Notes under the pieces: generated by a model
Seen by the model: the letters and a program-made list of their open reading frames with translations, nothing else
Databases searched by the model: none
What the model was told of the DNA's origin: nothing
Origin: an uncultured Acidobacteriota bacterium
Lineage (GTDB): Bacteria > Acidobacteriota > Vicinamibacteria > Marinacidobacterales > Marinacidobacteraceae
DNA: 41,406 nucleotides
Assembly (NCBI GenBank): GCA_964347715.1
Contig: CAYGAO010000001.1
Coordinates: 1-41,406, forward strand
Reading direction: 5' to 3'
Program-made: the position numbers and the translations under genes
Part shown: in pieces, positions 36,926 to 41,406 of the stretch
Position numbering within the stretch: position 1 is the stretch's first letter
How the letters are laid out: each line of letters opens with the position of its first letter

Positions 36926-37332
36926 GCGCCGAACGCCGCCGCGGCGTCTACATGATCAGCGCGGTGGCGGAGCTCTTCGACATCCACCCGCAGACGCTCC
37001 GGCTCTACGAGCGCGAGGGGCTGCTGCAACCGGCGCGGACCGAGGGGAACACCCGCGTGTACACCGACGAGGATCTCGAGCAGCTCCAGTCGATCCTGAA
37101 CCTGCGCGAACTCGGGGTGAACCTCGCGGGAGTGGACATCATCCTGGACATGCGCCGGAAGATGCGGCGCATGCAGGAGGAGATCGCCGAGTTCACCGAG
37201 TTCATCCACCGCGAGCTGGCGCGGGAGGAACACGCGCTGAGCGACCGGGCGCGGAACGCGCTGGTGCGGCTGCCCCGGCGGGAAATGGTCCGGACCGGCG
37301 AGCCGCGCGGCCCCGGAGGCGAAGGACGCTGA
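36922..37332 (+). CDS. hspR: MerR-family heat-shock repressor HspR
   Basis: YMISAVAELFDIHPQTLRLYEREGLLQPARTEGNTRVYTDEDLEQL. GTG 36922 overlaps the dnaJ stop; ATG 36952 is the alternative start. Confidence 0.85.
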   Translation: MSAERRRGVYMISAVAELFDIHPQTLRLYEREGLLQPARTEGNTRVYTDEDLEQLQSILNLRELGVNLAGVDIILDMRRKMRRMQEEIAEFTEFIHRELAREEHALSDRARNALVRLPRREMVRTGEPRGPGGEGR

Positions 37333-37424
37333 AGCGCGCGGGCCGCCGGTCGCCGGGCGCCGGGTGCCCGGATTGCGCCGGTACCGGCTGGAAGCCGGCG
37401 CTCCGCTCCGACGGATCCGAGGCG

Positions 37425-38075
37425 GTGGCTCCCTGTCCCTGCCGGCGGCCGGCCCCGCCGACGAGCCTGGTGGAGATCGGCGTGCCCCGGATCGTGGCGG
37501 AGAACGCCCGCTTCGACCACTTCGACGAGCTGTCGGATTTTCCCTCGCTGGGGCGGGCCAAACGGCGCCTGATCGAGTGGTCCGACGCCTGGCCCGATGT
37601 GCCGGCGGGCGTCGTGCTGACCGGCCCCTGCGGGGTGGGGAAGACGCACCTGGCGGTGTCCGCGCTCCGCCGCCTCCTCCTCGAACGACGGATCGCGGCG
37701 CGGGCGCGGTTCGTCTATGTCCCCCAGTTGCTGCGCGAGCTGCGCGGGAGCTGGAAGGATCCGGAACGGACCGAGGAGGGAGTGCTCGCCGGGGTCACCG
37801 GCGCCGACATCGTCGTCTTCGACGGGCTCGGGGAAGGGATGGGCCAGTCCTGGGCCGAGGAGCAGCTCCTCTACATCCTGAAGCGGTGCTTCGGCGACGG
37901 CGGACGGCTGATCTGCACGACCGTCTATCCCCTGTCTCCCGCTGCCGGGGAGAAGGCGCTCGGCGAGCTGATCACGGTGCGCGCCGTCTCGGTCCTCCGG
38001 GAGGCCTGCCAGTTCGTCCGGATGCTCGGAAACGACTACCGCGATACTGTCCTGAGCCCCGGGCTCGGCGTCTGA
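37425..38075 (+). CDS. DnaC/DnaI/IstB-like AAA+ ATPase (putative helicase loader); probable N-terminal zinc ribbon lies upstream of this first canonical start
   Basis: Walker A GPCGVGKTHLA, Walker B IVVFDGLGE. In-frame upstream codons 37365..37440 encode CPDCAGTGW...CPC. Confidence 0.75.
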   Translation: MAPCPCRRPAPPTSLVEIGVPRIVAENARFDHFDELSDFPSLGRAKRRLIEWSDAWPDVPAGVVLTGPCGVGKTHLAVSALRRLLLERRIAARARFVYVPQLLRELRGSWKDPERTEEGVLAGVTGADIVVFDGLGEGMGQSWAEEQLLYILKRCFGDGGRLICTTVYPLSPAAGEKALGELITVRAVSVLREACQFVRMLGNDYRDTVLSPGLGV

Positions 38076-38110
38076 GCCGCTCGGGCCGCACGAACGGAGG
38101 AGATTCGGCC

Positions 38111-38944
38111 ATGCGCACCCACCTCATCGCCCTGACCATTGCCGGCGCGCTGCCCGCGCTCGCGCCCGCCCAGGGGCCCGCACCCGACAAGCCGCGCCCG
38201 ATCCCGATCCGGGACAGCGTGTTCATCGAGGATCTCACCTGGATGGAGGTCCGCGACCTGATGGCCGCCGGGAAGACGACCGCCATCGTCGCGAGCGGCG
38301 GCGTCGAGCAGAACGGCCCCTACCTGGTCACCGGCAAGCACAACGTGCTGCTGCGCGGCGCCACCGAGGCGATCGCCAGGGACCTCGGCGACGCGCTCGT
38401 GGCGCCGATCCTGAAGCTCGTTCCCGAGGGGGACTTCGACCCGCCCACCGGCCACATGCGCTACCCGGGCACGATCGGGCTGAGCGACGAGACCTTCCGC
38501 GCGGTGGTGCGCGATGTCTGCCGGAGCCTGCGGGCGAGCGGGTTCGAGAACATCGTCCTGATCGGAGACAGTGGCGGGAACCAGGCCGGCATGAAGGCGG
38601 TCGCCGAGGAACTGACCGGGGAGTGGGGCGGCGCCCCCGGCGTCCACTACATCCCCGAGTTCTACGACTACCAGGGTCTGCAGACCTGGCTCTCGGATCG
38701 GGGCGTCGAACAGACCCCCGAAGGGATCCACGACGACTACGCGATCACCTCGATGATGGCGGCGGTGGACCAGGACTCGATCCGGACTTCGGAGCGCCGC
38801 CAGGCGGGTCTGTTCTCGATCAACGGCGTCTCCGTGGATCCGCTCGACCAGACGAAGTCGTGGGGCCGCCGGCTCTTCCGGTATCGCGCCGAGGTCACCG
38901 TGGAGGCCATCCGCGCCGCCATCGGCGGGCCCGCCACGAACTGA
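38111..38944 (+). CDS. Creatininase-family amidohydrolase with signal peptide
   Basis: GGAGGA upstream of ATG 38111. Signal peptide LTIAGALPALAPAQG. Family blocks: AIVASGGVEQNGPYL, GTIGLS, IVLIGDSGGN. Confidence 0.75.
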   Translation: MRTHLIALTIAGALPALAPAQGPAPDKPRPIPIRDSVFIEDLTWMEVRDLMAAGKTTAIVASGGVEQNGPYLVTGKHNVLLRGATEAIARDLGDALVAPILKLVPEGDFDPPTGHMRYPGTIGLSDETFRAVVRDVCRSLRASGFENIVLIGDSGGNQAGMKAVAEELTGEWGGAPGVHYIPEFYDYQGLQTWLSDRGVEQTPEGIHDDYAITSMMAAVDQDSIRTSERRQAGLFSINGVSVDPLDQTKSWGRRLFRYRAEVTVEAIRAAIGGPATN

Positions 38945-39091
38945 CGCCCCCCGGGGCGCGCCGTTTCCGGCGTGCCCCCCGGCCGGCGATTCGGGCGTCT
39001 CGGGGCCGTTCGCGCCGGCGCGCCGCGCCCGGTCGGCGTGGCCGGGCTCCCCACCGTATTCCTCCGGTCGGCGCGGTGCGCTCCCGGCGTT

Positions 39092-39123
39092 CGCCGGGGG
39101 TGTCCGAATTCGACACCCCGGCG
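39092..39123. promoter_or_regulatory. 12-bp-stem inverted repeat CGCCGGGGGTGTC-CGAATTC-GACACCCCGGCG (terminator or operator)
   Basis: Read directly from the sequence. It lies in the 222-bp spacer between the creatininase-family gene and the AAA+ gene. Confidence 0.3.
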
Positions 39124-39166
39124 CGCTACTCTTCTCCCGGTTCCGAACACCGACACGGAGAGGGCG

Positions 39167-41245
39167 ATGCAACTCACGGCCAGCGAGCGACGCCGCATCG
39201 TCGCCTGGCTGGCGAACGCCGCCGGTCAGCTCCGCCACGACGCGCCGGAAGCCGGTGATCTCGCGGAGTGGGTCGCCGGGCACACGGGCCTGCTGGAGCT
39301 CGAAGGGCTCCCGACGAACCCCTCCGGGCGCCGCGACCACGCGGACGGCGTGCCGCTGACGGAGTGGCGCCGGCTCCGGGGCGTCCTCGCGGACGCCGTC
39401 CCGCCCGCGCCCCGGTCGCGGGGAGACCGGATCGAGCAGCGGCTGCGCAGTCTCGGGCGGGAACTGGGTCTCGGGCGGACGGATCTGGCGATCCTCGAAA
39501 TCCTGCTCCGCTACCGCGTGCAACCGCTCGTCGAGGACCTGGTGGACAGCGTATTCGCCGGCGGCGGGGTCGGTCACCGGCGTCCCTTCCACCTGAAGAG
39601 TCCGGCGCTCGCGAGCCTGCTCGGCATGCGGGCGAGCACCGTTCTCGGTCGCGTCGAGTCCGACGCGCCGCTCGTGAAGTCGGGGCTCGTGTCCATCGAC
39701 GGCGACGGCGACCTCGAGCTCGTGGACCGCTTGCGCCGACTGGCCCGGACGGGTGCCGGCGCTGGCCGCGAGGCGTGCCGACTGCTGTTCGACCGCGCGC
39801 CCGCGAGCGACCTCGAGTGGGCGGATTTCGAGCATGTGGCGGAAGACCGGGATCAGGTCGAGAGAACCCTGCGGGGCGCCCTCGATACCGGCGCGGCCGG
39901 CGTGAACATCCTTCTCTACGGGCCTCCGGGCACCGGGAAGACCGAGTTCTGCCGGGTGCTCGCGGACCGGTTGGGGGTGGCGCTCTACAGCGTTGGCGAA
40001 ACGGACGAGGATGGCCACGAGCCTCGCCGCGTCGAGCGGCTCCAGGAGTTGCGGCTGGCGCAGGGTCTCCTCGCGCGCAGCGGGAGGTCGCTCCTCCTCT
40101 TCGACGAGATGGAGGATCTGCTCGCCTCCCCGGCGCCGTTCCTGCCGCTCGAGCGCTCGGGAAGCGCCGGGGCAAGGGGCTCGAAGGTGTTCCTGAACCG
40201 GCTGCTCGAGCAGAACCCGGCGCCCACGCTGTGGACCTCGAACTCCGGCGAGAGGACTTGTCGGACCCTGCTGCGACGCATGATGTTCGCCTTCGAGCTG
40301 CGCCCGCCACGACTCCGGGCGCGGGCGCGCATCTGGGCGCGGCAGCTCGCGCACCACGGCATCGCGGCGGGAGCGGGCGAGGCGCGCGCCCTGGCCTCGG
40401 AATTCGAGGTGACGCCCGGCGTCGTGTCGGAGGCCGTCGCCGCCGCCCGGCTCGCGGGCGGTGGCCTCGAAGCGGTGCGCCGCCATGTGCGGAGCCTCTG
40501 TCGGGTGATGGGGTGCGAAAAGCCGCCGCGCGGAACGCCAGAACGGTTCGATCCCGCCCTGATCCGGGCCGACCTGGACCCGACCACGCTGGCCGACCGG
40601 CTCGAGCGGAGCGGCGGCGGTCGGCGTTTCTCCCTCTGCCTCGAGGGGCCGCCCGGCACCGGCAAGAGCGCGTTCGTCCGCCATATCGCGGAGCGGATCG
40701 GTATCGAGATCCTGTCGAAGCGCGCCTCCGACCTGATGGGTCCGTTCGTCGGGGAGACCGAGCAGCGCATCGCCGCGGCCTTTGCCGAGGCGCGCTCCAC
40801 GCAGTCCTTCCTCGTCTTCGACGAAGCCGAGTCGCTCCTCCAGGACCGGCGCTTCGCCACGCGGAACTGGGAGATCAGCCAGGTCAACGAGATGCTGACC
40901 TGGATGGAGAGCCACCCGCTCCCCTTCGCCTGCACCACGAACTTCGGCGAGCGCCTCGACCCCGCGACCCGGCGCCGGTTCGACTTCAAGATCACGCTCG
41001 ACTACCTCGCCCCCGAGCAGGCGGTGGCCGCGTTCCGCCTCTACTTCGATCTCCCTCCGCCACCGGCAGTCGCTCGCCTTCCGGCCCTGACCCCGGGCGA
41101 TTTCCCGGTCGTCCGCCGAAAGGCCGCGATCCTGGGCAGCCTCGAGGAGCCGGAGGAACTCGCCGCGATGTTGCTGGCGGAGTGCGAGTCCAGGCCACAG
41201 CGCTCCCGGCGGATCGGTTTCCCGGGCTCGGCCCGCCCGGCCTGA
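39167..41245 (+). CDS. Tandem double-AAA+ ATPase with ~270-aa N-terminal domain of unknown function
   Basis: GGAGAGGG upstream of ATG 39167. Module 1: YGPPGTGKTEF, LLLFDEMED, TSN. Module 2: GPPGTGKSAF, FLVFDEAES, CTTN, RRRFD. Confidence 0.85.
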   Translation: MQLTASERRRIVAWLANAAGQLRHDAPEAGDLAEWVAGHTGLLELEGLPTNPSGRRDHADGVPLTEWRRLRGVLADAVPPAPRSRGDRIEQRLRSLGRELGLGRTDLAILEILLRYRVQPLVEDLVDSVFAGGGVGHRRPFHLKSPALASLLGMRASTVLGRVESDAPLVKSGLVSIDGDGDLELVDRLRRLARTGAGAGREACRLLFDRAPASDLEWADFEHVAEDRDQVERTLRGALDTGAAGVNILLYGPPGTGKTEFCRVLADRLGVALYSVGETDEDGHEPRRVERLQELRLAQGLLARSGRSLLLFDEMEDLLASPAPFLPLERSGSAGARGSKVFLNRLLEQNPAPTLWTSNSGERTCRTLLRRMMFAFELRPPRLRARARIWARQLAHHGIAAGAGEARALASEFEVTPGVVSEAVAAARLAGGGLEAVRRHVRSLCRVMGCEKPPRGTPERFDPALIRADLDPTTLADRLERSGGGRRFSLCLEGPPGTGKSAFVRHIAERIGIEILSKRASDLMGPFVGETEQRIAAAFAEARSTQSFLVFDEAESLLQDRRFATRNWEISQVNEMLTWMESHPLPFACTTNFGERLDPATRRRFDFKITLDYLAPEQAVAAFRLYFDLPPPPAVARLPALTPGDFPVVRRKAAILGSLEEPEELAAMLLAECESRPQRSRRIGFPGSARPA

Positions 41246-41253
41246 CCGGATAG

Positions 41254-41406
41254 CAGGCTGTGGTGAAAGTCTCCCGGGCACAGACGCGGCGCGCAGCGCC
41301 GCCGGGGAGGGTGTTCCCTCCCCGCGAAAGCGGGCGGAACGGATCGCGCAGGCGATTCGGGCCGCCATCCGGTGGGGAAAGCGCCCCGCATCCGCCCGGA
41401 CGATGG
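41254..41406 (+). mobile_element. MITE-like structured repeat, copy 9 (forward, cut by window end)
   Basis: CAGGCTGTGGTGAAAGTC followed by the same hairpin series. It starts 8 nt after the stop of the AAA+ gene. Confidence 0.88.

Noticed and set aside
37425-41245. The DnaC-like ATPase, creatininase-family protein and double-AAA+ ATPase considered as a three-gene defence system.
   Set aside because: The genes are separated by spacers with their own ribosome-binding sites. The middle protein appears to be exported. No nuclease, sensor or effector domain is visible. Nothing in the sequence ties them together functionally.

Overview
Very GC-rich bacterial (diderm-type) chromosomal segment, tightly packed with housekeeping operons in which many neighbouring genes overlap by 4 nt. 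Plus strand: phoH-pgpH-ybeY-corC-era; rpsP-rimM-trmD-rplS; a thiE-like gene; an envelope cluster (TPR/NHL, PEGA/PDZ, FHA); ldcA-mpl. Minus strand, about 13.6 kb co-directional: trpE-trpG-DAHPS-aroB-aroA-aroK/D/E fusion-aroC, tRNA-Ala(CGC), lolA, a type II R-M pair and a lipoprotein secretin. After that come an SLH lipoprotein (minus strand), a TlpA-like thioredoxin, dnaK-dnaJ-hspR, a DnaC-like ATPase, a secreted creatininase-family protein and a double-AAA+ ATPase. The main signal is not a protein system. It is a family of about 209-bp elements bounded by terminal inverted repeats and rich in hairpins, present at 9 loci in 41 kb plus one possible remnant. The elements sit at gene junctions directly next to stop codons. 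Three complete copies are flanked by 4-bp direct repeats, CTGA or TCAG. Stems are conserved while loops vary, and one divergent copy has a compensatory stem swap. On the gene-sense strand, in either orientation, the five operon-internal copies keep an open 66-71 codon frame running from a GTG in the terminal repeat to a TGA at or near the next gene's start. Two inverted half-copies bracket the thioredoxin gene like a passenger cassette. No transposase lies in the window. All calls come from reading the sequence and ORF translations by eye. No database search was run.
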